This document shows positions 38,394 through 47,936 of a stretch of 64,000 nt of DNA, piece after piece; positions within the stretch are counted from its first letter, which is position 1; every line of letters starts with the position of its first letter. Source of the DNA: an uncultured virus (IMG/VR IMGVR_UViG_3300025916_000011) (lineage: Duplodnaviria > Heunggongvirae > Uroviricota > Caudoviricetes); the IMG/VR virus record IMGVR_UViG_3300025916_000011; one strand, given 5' to 3'. The position numbers and the translations under genes are program-made. The notes below the pieces were generated by a model. It was not told where the DNA came from and did no database searches. It worked only from the letters and a program-made list of their open reading frames with translations.

Positions 38394-41300
38394 ATTCCCT
38401 GGGACTGCAAGTTCAACCACAAGGTTGAACGATGGGGCGGGGGCGTAGATTGGGACGATGCGACCGTCATTCCGAATGGAGTGGCGGTTGTTTGCAAAAA
38501 CACTCGGTTCCGCGCTGAGACTCCAGCCACACGCTTTGGGCGAAAACACACCATGGTAGCCGACGGAATCGCGGCGGTTACTGGTGTCGACTGCCTCAAT
38601 GTCTTGGTCAACAACCCCCAACAGGTTCCCATCGCCTTTACGGATGCCGGCGAACTCTTGCGCGAATCCCCGCCAGGCGGCGGCGACCTGATCCCCTTGA
38701 CTCCTCCAATCCCCTTACCCTTGGGCGCGTACATGGCCGACGCCTTAGCTGACAATCGCATGTACATCGCGATCAGCGATCTGGTGAAGGGATTAATCCC
38801 ACCATTGGTGGTTGATGGGCCGAGCGGAGCACTTTCCGTTGCCGGCCAGAATCCCATCGGCGCTCTCTGGCAATCAGGAGTGTGGTATCAGGTTGGGGAT
38901 CTGGTGCGCTCAACCGATGGGCGATGGTGGCGCTGTACCGACGCTGCTACCGCGATCTCGACAAGCACCGCTCCATCGTGGCCGCAGTTTAATGGATATT
39001 TCCTTCCGGCACTGAATTTTCAACCTGCGGTAGTCGCTGAGAACATCAGCGGAACCCAGTGGCAGGAGTGGACGCCAGCCGTACAGCAGTATCTTCCAGC
39101 CCCGGACGTTTCAGGGATGGTCGTAACGCAGATCGCAGGGATTGGGCTGATCCCTGCCGGCAAGGATGTTTACATCAAAGTGACCTACGTTGCAACGACG
39201 GCGAGTGGAGTCGGGGAATCGCCGCGGTCGCTGGTCATGGTGTTGGTAAACAGTTCCGCCAACGCGAGAATCTTCATTCAGCAAGTGGGATCGGTGGACG
39301 GCAGCAACAACATGCCGCAATGGTTGGCGAACCTGTTTCTGAATGAGGACAACGTTTTCAACGGTCAGATCACTGCAAATATCTACGTTGCGGCCGTCAA
39401 TCATGGTGCTGCAGCACCGGCGGATTCGTCCTATTTCTTCTATCAGAACATCGCGATGCCGAGTTCCTTCGTCATCAGTTCCATTCCCAACTCAACCCAG
39501 GCCACGGCACAGGGCGCACCTGTAGTCATCAGCCCATATATTTCCACGGACCCAGGGGGAGCACTAGGTTCCTTCATCGGAGAAGGCGGAACGCGCTACT
39601 TCATCGTGCTCCGGCAGAACCTGAACGGGTCATTTTCTCCAGTGGATACAGGAAGTCCCATTCCGATCAGTCTCGTTGGGCAAGTCGAAGTCGACATCGT
39701 GAATATCGAACGGGACGGATCGGGAAACGTCACGGCTACGGTCGGAGATATCACAGGCTTTGCTGTAGGGCAGGGAGTTCAGGTACAAGGCTGCACGAAA
39801 GATGCGACTTTCAACTCTGGGATATCGCCATTTATTTTGAACAAGGTTTACCAGACTCTCGCTCCGGGCGGGGTTTTGAAATGGCTGGACACGAATCATC
39901 TGAGCCAATCGAACGATGACACAGGAGCGGTGATCCTTCCCGCCGGACCTCCTCCAGTTGCTTTCCTTCCCCCGGGCGGGCCGAATGACATGCAGGATTG
40001 CGTAGCGTTCACAGTAGCTGCGCCACAGACCGGTCAGCCTGTGAATCTTCCGGCGGGCCCCTTCAATATCATCCCGGCATCCAACCCGAAACTTCCGTTT
40101 GCGGCGACCATTTTGAGCATGCAGGGTCCGCAAACGCTGCAGTTCTCCGGCGTAGCTCTCACGCGCGATGCGGGCGGGGATGTGCAGGCGACACTTGCGG
40201 ACATAGCCGGAATCCAGCCGGGCGCCACTGTTACGGTCCTCAATGCGGGTGATGCGAGTTTTGACGGGGATTTTACGCTTCTCGGCGTCACGCCAACCAC
40301 TGGGACTGGTGGGACTTTGACCTGGCAGCAGGCAGACACCGCTGCAACCTCGACGACTGCGACTCTGACGATCGGGATACAAGTTCTGGGAGAAGTGCAG
40401 GCAGTTGTTGATAACGCCTCGGGATTTGCCGCTGGAGACGTTGTGACGATCCGCAACGCCTCACCCGCAGCATTCAACGGGACGGTAACCATCGCGAGCG
40501 TGCTTGGCAATGTCGTCACGTTTCCCTCGGCGGCGACTGGCACGGCATCGCAGGCGGGGCTCCTGACCATGCAGATGTTCTTGCTGCAAGTCCTCCCCAC
40601 GGTCGCGGCTGCGAATGAAGCAAATATCATCTCCATCCAGAGGGATGCGCGCGGCAACGTCTCCGCCGTAATCCCTTCAATTTACGGATGGTCTGAAGGA
40701 CAGGTCGCGGTTGTAGCGAACGTAGGCGATCCATCCTTTGACGGAAACTTCGAAGTCGTATCGGCGGTAGTCAACAACGATCTCATCACCGCGACAATCT
40801 CATGGGTACAGTACGGAACTCCAGCGCTTCCGCCGGCGGCATCGTCTTCGGGTGGAACGCTTGGCAGCATCCCGATTTTCACCTGCAACTTTGATGACAA
40901 CGCGCTCTCTGCCGAGGATGTGACCTCTCAACTCACGGCCATGGCACCACCGAATTCGACAGACGTGTTTTTCTCCGAGACCTTGAATCGCATGGTCTAC
41001 ACCAAAGGGAACGACACGGCCCACTACTTCTCGAACATTGGAGACAATGAGAATATCGACCAGGCAGGCGGGATTTTACCTGTCGCGGAAAACAATGGAG
41101 CCGTGACAGTCTGCTTCCGCGAGATGGAAAGCGGGGAATTGCTCTCCCTAAAAGCCAATGGCGGATATGCGATCGAGCAAAACGACAATACCCCAAGTGG
41201 TTGGGAAGTGGTGCGGCGGTGGAAGAATCATGGGCCAGTAAACGCCAAGGCTGTCGCGCTCGGGCCAGACTTCCTAATCGTCTTCGTCGAGTACAGCGGG

Positions 41301-42371
41301 CCTTATCGCTATGACGGGCACCAGTTTGAGTGGATTGGACGAGAGAAACAGGGCACTTGGGACCGGGTGAACTGGGCCGCAAAGAATACGATCTGGTGTG
41401 AAGTAGACGACGACAAGAAAACGGTCCACTTCGGCCTTCCCCTCGATGGTTCCCCGACGCCAAATAAAGACGTGAAGTGCAACTACTTCAACGGGTGGCA
41501 GGATCCGCTGATCGTGAACATGATGGGGCAGGTGATTCCGAACCGCTACGGGCGGCGATGGTCCGAGGATGACCTCGCGGCCACTTGCGGAAAGCTTGTA
41601 CTTCGCACCTTAAATCCATCAGTCGACAACCGAATCAATGACCGCCAGATGCTGTTCGGCCTAAGTCGCGCAGTTCTCCCAGGAGAGACTGGCTACGGTG
41701 AAGGACCATACGGCGCCGACGGGTATGGTGGTCTTGGGACGGGAGTCATCACTCCAACGCAAGCCTTCGTCGACATGGAAGTGCCCGATACCTATTCTGA
41801 CGATGGGCCGGTGGGCGACGTCTCCACCACATCAGAGAATCCGGTATTCGGCAACGGCAACAGCCAGACCCTGCAAGTCGCGGACCTGACGAATATCTCA
41901 GTGGGAACGAAACTGCTGATTGATCCGGGCGTCAATGAGGAAAAATTCACAGTAACGAGCATCACGAATGGGCTACTCGCTGCCGTCTTCACAAAATCCC
42001 ACGATCCAGGGTCAGTAGTCCTTTCCGCAGACTACAGCCAGATCGGGATTGATTGGCAATATCAGCCGGCATTCGCCCAGTCGCCCACGTTTGAAATCTT
42101 CCGCTGGTCTAAGATCAAAGGCCGCTATCTCGGAAGCGGGCTGATCAACTTCGAGCCAGTCACAGAAGACCCGAATTTCGAAGTTGATCCACTGGTCTCA
42201 AATTCCCAAGTCGGCATCCCGACCAAGTTCGCTTTCGGCGTAAACGTCGAAGGGGACAATGAAATGCTCTCATTCAACATTAACAACGGAGCAGAGCCGG
42301 GAGTCTGGGGCGAGTTGCATGGATTGGTAATTGGCGGCAACGAAGTGGCGGCTTCGCAGGAGACTCAATGA
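38394..42371 (+). CDS. Tail hub/head-closure protein (P22 gp10/tail tubular B-like) with inserted beta-barrel repeats; probable ATT start
   Basis: N-terminal WGGG...D...IPNG....KNTRFR; YFSNIGD, GPVNAKAV, GPYRYDG propeller motifs; AAGGGAG SD 8 nt before ATT at 38394. Confidence 0.75.
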   Translation: MPWDCKFNHKVERWGGGVDWDDATVIPNGVAVVCKNTRFRAETPATRFGRKHTMVADGIAAVTGVDCLNVLVNNPQQVPIAFTDAGELLRESPPGGGDLIPLTPPIPLPLGAYMADALADNRMYIAISDLVKGLIPPLVVDGPSGALSVAGQNPIGALWQSGVWYQVGDLVRSTDGRWWRCTDAATAISTSTAPSWPQFNGYFLPALNFQPAVVAENISGTQWQEWTPAVQQYLPAPDVSGMVVTQIAGIGLIPAGKDVYIKVTYVATTASGVGESPRSLVMVLVNSSANARIFIQQVGSVDGSNNMPQWLANLFLNEDNVFNGQITANIYVAAVNHGAAAPADSSYFFYQNIAMPSSFVISSIPNSTQATAQGAPVVISPYISTDPGGALGSFIGEGGTRYFIVLRQNLNGSFSPVDTGSPIPISLVGQVEVDIVNIERDGSGNVTATVGDITGFAVGQGVQVQGCTKDATFNSGISPFILNKVYQTLAPGGVLKWLDTNHLSQSNDDTGAVILPAGPPPVAFLPPGGPNDMQDCVAFTVAAPQTGQPVNLPAGPFNIIPASNPKLPFAATILSMQGPQTLQFSGVALTRDAGGDVQATLADIAGIQPGATVTVLNAGDASFDGDFTLLGVTPTTGTGGTLTWQQADTAATSTTATLTIGIQVLGEVQAVVDNASGFAAGDVVTIRNASPAAFNGTVTIASVLGNVVTFPSAATGTASQAGLLTMQMFLLQVLPTVAAANEANIISIQRDARGNVSAVIPSIYGWSEGQVAVVANVGDPSFDGNFEVVSAVVNNDLITATISWVQYGTPALPPAASSSGGTLGSIPIFTCNFDDNALSAEDVTSQLTAMAPPNSTDVFFSETLNRMVYTKGNDTAHYFSNIGDNENIDQAGGILPVAENNGAVTVCFREMESGELLSLKANGGYAIEQNDNTPSGWEVVRRWKNHGPVNAKAVALGPDFLIVFVEYSGPYRYDGHQFEWIGREKQGTWDRVNWAAKNTIWCEVDDDKKTVHFGLPLDGSPTPNKDVKCNYFNGWQDPLIVNMMGQVIPNRYGRRWSEDDLAATCGKLVLRTLNPSVDNRINDRQMLFGLSRAVLPGETGYGEGPYGADGYGGLGTGVITPTQAFVDMEVPDTYSDDGPVGDVSTTSENPVFGNGNSQTLQVADLTNISVGTKLLIDPGVNEEKFTVTSITNGLLAAVFTKSHDPGSVVLSADYSQIGIDWQYQPAFAQSPTFEIFRWSKIKGRYLGSGLINFEPVTEDPNFEVDPLVSNSQVGIPTKFAFGVNVEGDNEMLSFNINNGAEPGVWGELHGLVIGGNEVAASQETQ

Positions 42372-44140
42372 GAAATTATTTCCTTCTGGCAGTTCTCGGG
42401 CTGCTATCCGTAGTGGCGCAGGGACAGACAACGTGCAATCCAAATCTGCTGCCGACCTTTACACCGAACCTGAATATGGCGCTCCCACAACTGACCGGAT
42501 GCAACTGGGGCACGTCCATCAACAGCGACTTTCTTCAGATTGATGGCCTTCTAGGGGGCACGTCCCAGATTGCGGCGATGAGCGCTTCTTCGATCACAGG
42601 CACGAAGATTACCGGATGCACGCTGAATTCCGCCAGATACGTAGGGGACATTTGCGCTTCGACCTGGGGCAACGGGGACATCGGCGCGCAACTTAATACA
42701 GCATATGCCTCACTTCCATCCACGGGCGGATTCCTTGGAGAGCTGTGCTCAACCGGAGGAACGAACTATACCTATACGACGCCAATGGTCGGGGCTACGG
42801 TGGGGAAGTACTTCTTCGCGCCCGCACAGGCGACGACCGACCAAAGCAATAACGGCTGCGGGCTGGTCTACACCCCGACGACAGCGACGAATGCACTACG
42901 CATCGACTTCGGTCCCAGTACTGGTGGAGGGTACACCCCGACCGGCGGGTTAGACAAAATCGTACTTTCCAATAACGGCTGTGTGACGAATGGAGGTTGC
43001 GGGAGTTCCGCGACGGGGATCATGTTCGGCCCGACGAACGGCGGCGGCGGAGAGATGTTCAAGATCGGCAGCAGCAAAATCGACGGCTTTGGTGTAGGCA
43101 TAAACTTCAACGATGCGAACGCCGCCGGATGGGGTACTCAAATCGAAAATTTCAGCGCAGTCCACAATACGACCGGGCTGCTATTCAGTAGTTACCACGA
43201 GAACATGCACCAGTTCGGCGGGGCGCTCGCCGTCAATAGCGTCGGAGTGGATTGCGGCACAAGCGGAACGGACTTCTCTCAGTTTGGGGTATCTAATGAT
43301 TCTCAAACGGTGGGAGGAATTCAAGGGAACTGCATCTACAGCGGGTTTGGTTCTCACTGGGAGAACCTGGGCAGTTCCACCATGGACTTCCTGCACAATT
43401 TCGGCAACTCGGCCGAGATTGCCGGCGGGTTCGCGCTAAACGATACCAACTCGGGTTCCCCAGCCACGGATATGTTCGACCTGAACGGCGCGTTGGTGAG
43501 CGTGCATGGGCTGACCGTCTACTCAGGAAGCCAGACGATCACCAATCTTTTCCAGAATCGGAACGGCGGGGTAGTCGTCGGAGACTTCAAAACCCAATCA
43601 CCCAATGCCATCACGAATCTTTGTTTCGAGATGTCCCAATGCTACATAATCCGCGAAGTTGTGAGCAGCACCCCAAATGCTTTTGGAGCGCTGACGTGGA
43701 CTGGAGACCAATGGACGTTCCAGCCAACTGCGGCGAGCGCGCTCGGCCCAATCAGATTTAACGACAGTTCCGGGACTACCCGATGGGCGTTAGGGAACAA
43801 GGATTGCAGCGGCAGTCCTTCGAATGATTTCGTGCTTTGCAGCACGGCGAACAACGGCTTTGGTCAGGCTCAGGCGCTTCGCGTTTCTGCCACGACTGGA
43901 GCCGTGAGCGGAAAGAATATCGTCATCGCGACCTCGTTCACCACGACGGCGGCGACCACAGATAACGTGACGGTGACCGGGATGACGGCCAGCGGGCACT
44001 GCATGCTGCAACCCACAAATTCGGCAGCGGCGGCTGGTATCGCCTCAGTTTTCGTTTCCAATAAGACCACAAACCAAATTACGGTGACGCATACCTCGAG
44101 CGCCAACTGGAATTTCGACGTGATGTGCACGCCTAATTAA
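42368..44140 (+). CDS. Tail fibre/spike with Sec signal peptide
   Basis: MRNYFLLAVLGLLSVVAQG|Q then TPNLNMALP...WGTSINSDFLQID fibre-anchor motif; beta-helix body; 16 cysteines; ATGA-coupled to the tail hub. Confidence 0.8.
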   Translation: MRNYFLLAVLGLLSVVAQGQTTCNPNLLPTFTPNLNMALPQLTGCNWGTSINSDFLQIDGLLGGTSQIAAMSASSITGTKITGCTLNSARYVGDICASTWGNGDIGAQLNTAYASLPSTGGFLGELCSTGGTNYTYTTPMVGATVGKYFFAPAQATTDQSNNGCGLVYTPTTATNALRIDFGPSTGGGYTPTGGLDKIVLSNNGCVTNGGCGSSATGIMFGPTNGGGGEMFKIGSSKIDGFGVGINFNDANAAGWGTQIENFSAVHNTTGLLFSSYHENMHQFGGALAVNSVGVDCGTSGTDFSQFGVSNDSQTVGGIQGNCIYSGFGSHWENLGSSTMDFLHNFGNSAEIAGGFALNDTNSGSPATDMFDLNGALVSVHGLTVYSGSQTITNLFQNRNGGVVVGDFKTQSPNAITNLCFEMSQCYIIREVVSSTPNAFGALTWTGDQWTFQPTAASALGPIRFNDSSGTTRWALGNKDCSGSPSNDFVLCSTANNGFGQAQALRVSATTGAVSGKNIVIATSFTTTAATTDNVTVTGMTASGHCMLQPTNSAAAAGIASVFVSNKTTNQITVTHTSSANWNFDVMCTPN

Positions 44141-44607
44141 TGAACCAACTTCCCTCAGTAGAATCCTTCGCCCGGGCTGACCGGGAAGCCATGCGCCGGT
44201 TCTACCGAAATTTTCTTCAGCGCATGCAAACTCTCGAGCAGATTGTCGGGAAGGTGGGATTCGACACCCAGACTTCCACGCCAATCAACCCTGCTCCGGC
44301 GCTGGCAAGAGTAGCTTTGAGCGCGCATCCGAATCAGAACATGGTGCTCGAGATCACGAACCCACAATTCTTATCCTCGTCGACACCAGGGAAGATTAAG
44401 GGGAATGTTCCGCGAACTCCATTGACCCACAAGATTCAATACAGCTTCGATCCGCAGTTCAAGAACGGGATTGTCTCGCCTCCGCCGGGAACCCAGACGC
44501 ATTACACGATTCCCACGGATGGGCGAAGAGTCTACGTGAAGGTGCAAAGCAGTCCAGATGGTGTGAATTACAACACTCCGCAACTGGTGAATGGGCAGTC
44601 GAAATGA
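44140..44607 (+). CDS. Putative tail-associated protein
   Basis: TAATG coupling; helix followed by an Fn3-like part. Confidence 0.65.
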   Translation: MNQLPSVESFARADREAMRRFYRNFLQRMQTLEQIVGKVGFDTQTSTPINPAPALARVALSAHPNQNMVLEITNPQFLSSSTPGKIKGNVPRTPLTHKIQYSFDPQFKNGIVSPPPGTQTHYTIPTDGRRVYVKVQSSPDGVNYNTPQLVNGQSK

Positions 44608-45032
44608 AAGTGGTTTGGGACGATTACCAGCCTTCCGACAAGGAAGCGGTGGAGAAACTTCACAACGAGATGTGCCTAAAGTGCGGAGTCATCTTCGACC
44701 TGCCGGACCTCGACAAAGAGCCGATTCTGATTGCGCAAGTGGGGCGAGTGAACGGAGTGGTCAAGTTCTGCACGTATCTCGAAGCAGAAGTAGAAGTCTG
44801 CGTTGCCGGGAGTTCGCCACTATCCGCGAAGCAACTCGCTCCGGCGGCGAAACGGATGACTGATGTTGCGGCCAGTTACAACCTGAGAATTGCTCGAGCT
44901 TTCGTACCAGAAAGCATGCTGAAACCCACGAAAAAGATGCGATGGTCCGCGATTGAGAGAACGCTTCTGCGTCTCGGATTCAGGCGAGAGAACGGCGCCA
45001 TGGTGCAATTTTACAAATGGCTTTCGAAGTAA
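44604..45032 (+). CDS. GNAT-like protein preceding the ejection proteins
   Basis: Position and LLRLGFRRE ending typical of P22 gp14-like genes. Confidence 0.5.
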   Translation: MKVVWDDYQPSDKEAVEKLHNEMCLKCGVIFDLPDLDKEPILIAQVGRVNGVVKFCTYLEAEVEVCVAGSSPLSAKQLAPAAKRMTDVAASYNLRIARAFVPESMLKPTKKMRWSAIERTLLRLGFRRENGAMVQFYKWLSK

Positions 45033-45043
45033 GGAGACTATAG

Positions 45044-45625
45044 ATGGCTCGCACTTCCGAAAACGAGAATATCGCAAGAGACACATCGGCTACCGCCTCG
45101 GCGGAATCGAAGGGCGCTTTTGATGCTGGACAAGCTGACATTGGAGCCTTCAATAAGAACGAAGGCATCCTCCGGCGTGGCGGGGAAGTCGCGGCGAATC
45201 CTTGGTTGAGCGCGCGCTACCTTGCCAATCAAAACCGGCTTCAGTCCGAATCGCTGAATGGGGCCACGGACGCAGGGACAGCAGAACTCCAGCAGGCTAA
45301 CCGGCGCTCTGGTGGATTGAATGGCGCGGTGACTACCGGAGCGGTAAAGGATCTAGCGCTAAAGAAAATGCGATTGGCCGACACTCTGAGCGCAGAGCGT
45401 GGTGCGCAGGACTTCAACAAAAACGTCGGCTATCAGCAGGAGATGGCAAGTGCTCCTCTGCGAGCCGCGAGCGTTGAGGAACCTTTCTACGCCAGTGCGA
45501 ATGGACTGACAGCCGCGACGAACAATGACCTCTTGGGCTACCAGAAAAATAAGTTCAGTTGGAATCAGTATCTACAGAATGCGCAACAGGGAGCCGCGTC
45601 CGCAGCGGCCTCCGCAGGAGCATAA
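45044..45625 (+). CDS. DNA ejection protein (gp7-like)
   Basis: Ala/Gln/Asn/Gly-rich, Cys-free, position. Confidence 0.6.
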   Translation: MARTSENENIARDTSATASAESKGAFDAGQADIGAFNKNEGILRRGGEVAANPWLSARYLANQNRLQSESLNGATDAGTAELQQANRRSGGLNGAVTTGAVKDLALKKMRLADTLSAERGAQDFNKNVGYQQEMASAPLRAASVEEPFYASANGLTAATNNDLLGYQKNKFSWNQYLQNAQQGAASAAASAGA

Positions 45626-45674
45626 CGAATATGCCGTGGGGTACGATTTCTACTACAGATGGTAGATTAGGCAC

Positions 45675-46196
45675 ATGAAACAAATTCCATTATCCGCTGG
45701 CTATATCGCTCTTGTTGATGACGAAGATTTCGAACGCGCGGCACAGTTCAACTGGAGCGCACTGCCGCAACGGAGTCCGCAAACTAAGGAAGTGACAACA
45801 GTTTACGCGCAGCGCCACGTCACCCTTTCCGACGGTAGGCGAGGAGGCGAGAGACTTCATCGGTTCATTCTGGAAATTTCGGACCCCAAGGTATTTGTGG
45901 ACCATCGCGACGGAGACGGACTAAACAATCAACGGTCTAATCTTCGCGTCTGCAACAACACGCAAAACATGATGAATCTCGTAAGGATCAGGCCACATTC
46001 CTCGCGATTCAAGGGCGTCTATTGGAACAAGGCGCTTCAAAAATGGCACTCCAGAATCAGTATTCATGGTCACCGCGTCCATCTCGGTTTCTTCGACTCA
46101 GAGGAAGATGCTGCCCTTCGGTACAACGATGCGGCTGTGGCGAATTTCGGTGAGTTCGCGCGCCTAAATGTTTTGGAAAATGGGAGGGTCGCCTAA
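45675..46196 (+). CDS. HNH-AP2 domain endonuclease
   Basis: IALVDDEDF, LHRFIL, VDHRDGDGLNNQRSNLR, SRFKGVYW...HLGFFDSEEDAALRYNDAA. Confidence 0.92.
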   Translation: MKQIPLSAGYIALVDDEDFERAAQFNWSALPQRSPQTKEVTTVYAQRHVTLSDGRRGGERLHRFILEISDPKVFVDHRDGDGLNNQRSNLRVCNNTQNMMNLVRIRPHSSRFKGVYWNKALQKWHSRISIHGHRVHLGFFDSEEDAALRYNDAAVANFGEFARLNVLENGRVA

Positions 46197-46198
46197 TT

Positions 46199-47485
46199 AT
46201 GTGGGGTATGCCGCCACTACCGCCTGAACTTCTGAGAGTTATGGGGCCAAACCCCGTCCAGCCTACCGGGAACGTTGCGCCCCCGAATGGTGCTCTAGCG
46301 CAGCCCTATGGTCCTCCGAGAATCCCTCCCCCGGCTCCGATTCGCATGGGGCCGGGCGGGGTTAATCTCGCACCAAAAGACCCGAATCCCGCTCCGTTTC
46401 TGAATCAAACCACAGGAACTATGGAGCCATTGCCGACAGGCTCCTTCTCGCCCGCGGCGAAAGCCTCAGACGATCCTGGGATTAACAGCCCCATGCCTAC
46501 ACCACCGGACCAGTCGAATTCTCCGGTTATGGGTGCTTACAAACGCTTTCAGGATCTGACGCAGCAAAGAGAAGCGTTACAGCCTCCCACGCGCGCCGAT
46601 TACAAGCCGAATTGGAAAGATCGACTCAAGGGCGGACTCATCGGCGGAATCGTCGGACTCGGCGGAGGGGCGGCGCTCGGCACAAGGGTTGGCAGTGGCA
46701 TCACGGAGCGAAAGTTTAACAACGCTCAATCTGATTACGAATCGAAGTCTGGCGCTCTCGACAAAGCTATCGAGAATGAGCGTGGAGGATTCGGAGCAGC
46801 AGAAGCAGTTGGGAAGATTCCACAACAAGACTTTGAAAACAAGATGAAGGTCCGCGGCGAGCAGCGGCAGGAATCCCGCGACACCGCGAACGAGCAGTAC
46901 AAGTCGGACCTAAATGACGTTCGTCAGAGCATCGCAGACCAGAAGCACGAAGACGCGATGAACAAGTTGGATCAGTTACAGAAGCAACTCGACCAGAAGA
47001 CGGGCAACGACAAAGACAAACTCGACCTCCAGCGCCAATTGCTTGAACTCCGGCGCGATGCGCTCGATGCGCGGGAAGGAAAGGCCAAGTCGAATACCAC
47101 ATCCGTCAACATCGAGTCGAAGAAAGCCGCCGCCCTCCAGAAAGCGAAAACGCAGTTCGATAAAGAGATGGCGAACGCCCCGGACGAAGAGAGTAAAAAA
47201 CAGGCACAAGACAATTACTCCCAAGCCCAGCAGGAAGCCCAAGACGCTTATGAGGCAGAGATTCAGGCCAACGGCGGGACCGCAAACCACCAGGACGTTT
47301 CGACGTGGCAGGGTAAGCCAGCCGCAGCAGCCCCACCCGCAGCGAAACCGGGACCGTCGACGCCCCCCGCGCCCACAAAGTCAGGTAAGCAACCGCCAAA
47401 AGTAGGTGATCCCGTCACCCTCAAAGGTGGCAAAACCGGAAAAGTTACAAAGCTCTATCCAGATGGAACGTTCGACGTCCAGTAG
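46199..47485 (+). CDS. DNA ejection protein (gp20-like)
   Basis: Pro-rich N-terminus, Gly-rich hydrophobic stretch, coiled coil, Cys-free. Confidence 0.6.
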   Translation: MWGMPPLPPELLRVMGPNPVQPTGNVAPPNGALAQPYGPPRIPPPAPIRMGPGGVNLAPKDPNPAPFLNQTTGTMEPLPTGSFSPAAKASDDPGINSPMPTPPDQSNSPVMGAYKRFQDLTQQREALQPPTRADYKPNWKDRLKGGLIGGIVGLGGGAALGTRVGSGITERKFNNAQSDYESKSGALDKAIENERGGFGAAEAVGKIPQQDFENKMKVRGEQRQESRDTANEQYKSDLNDVRQSIADQKHEDAMNKLDQLQKQLDQKTGNDKDKLDLQRQLLELRRDALDAREGKAKSNTTSVNIESKKAAALQKAKTQFDKEMANAPDEESKKQAQDNYSQAQQEAQDAYEAEIQANGGTANHQDVSTWQGKPAAAAPPAAKPGPSTPPAPTKSGKQPPKVGDPVTLKGGKTGKVTKLYPDGTFDVQ

Positions 47486-47500
47486 GAGGAAAACAACACC

Positions 47501-47929
47501 ATGAAAGTTCCCGGCATCGGCAGTCACGTAGTTTTAGTCTCCCAAGAAGTCGTCGACGGTAAGCGAGTCCCCGTCGAAATCAACGCCATAGTTGTTGGCT
47601 ACGATCGCGCAGCCGACCATGACCCAGAGAAAGACGGGCAACCGAAACTCCATCTGGTGTACTTCGACAAGACCCAGGCAAACCGTTTGGATGGCCTCGA
47701 CTATCTGGATGCCTTCCCCAGATTGTTCAGCGTATTTCACAAGGGAGTGGATTCCACAGGACACTTCTGCTGGTTTGACGCCCACGCCGAGCACCAGAAA
47801 ACAGTGGACGACATGAACAAGGGGATAGCCATTCTCCGCAAGCAACTGGCCGAGACCACTGAAGGCCGAGATGAAGCGCTGCAAAAATTGGCCGATGCCG
47901 GAGCCAAGGGGAAAAAAGCAAAGGACTAG
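47501..47929 (+). CDS. Hypothetical protein
   Basis: AGGAGG SD. Confidence 0.75.
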   Translation: MKVPGIGSHVVLVSQEVVDGKRVPVEINAIVVGYDRAADHDPEKDGQPKLHLVYFDKTQANRLDGLDYLDAFPRLFSVFHKGVDSTGHFCWFDAHAEHQKTVDDMNKGIAILRKQLAETTEGRDEALQKLADAGAKGKKAKD

Positions 47930-47936
47930 AATCGTC

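Noticed and set aside
8931..44140. Diversity-generating retroelement acting on the fibres
   Set aside because: No reverse transcriptase and no TR/VR pair with adenine-specific mismatches seen
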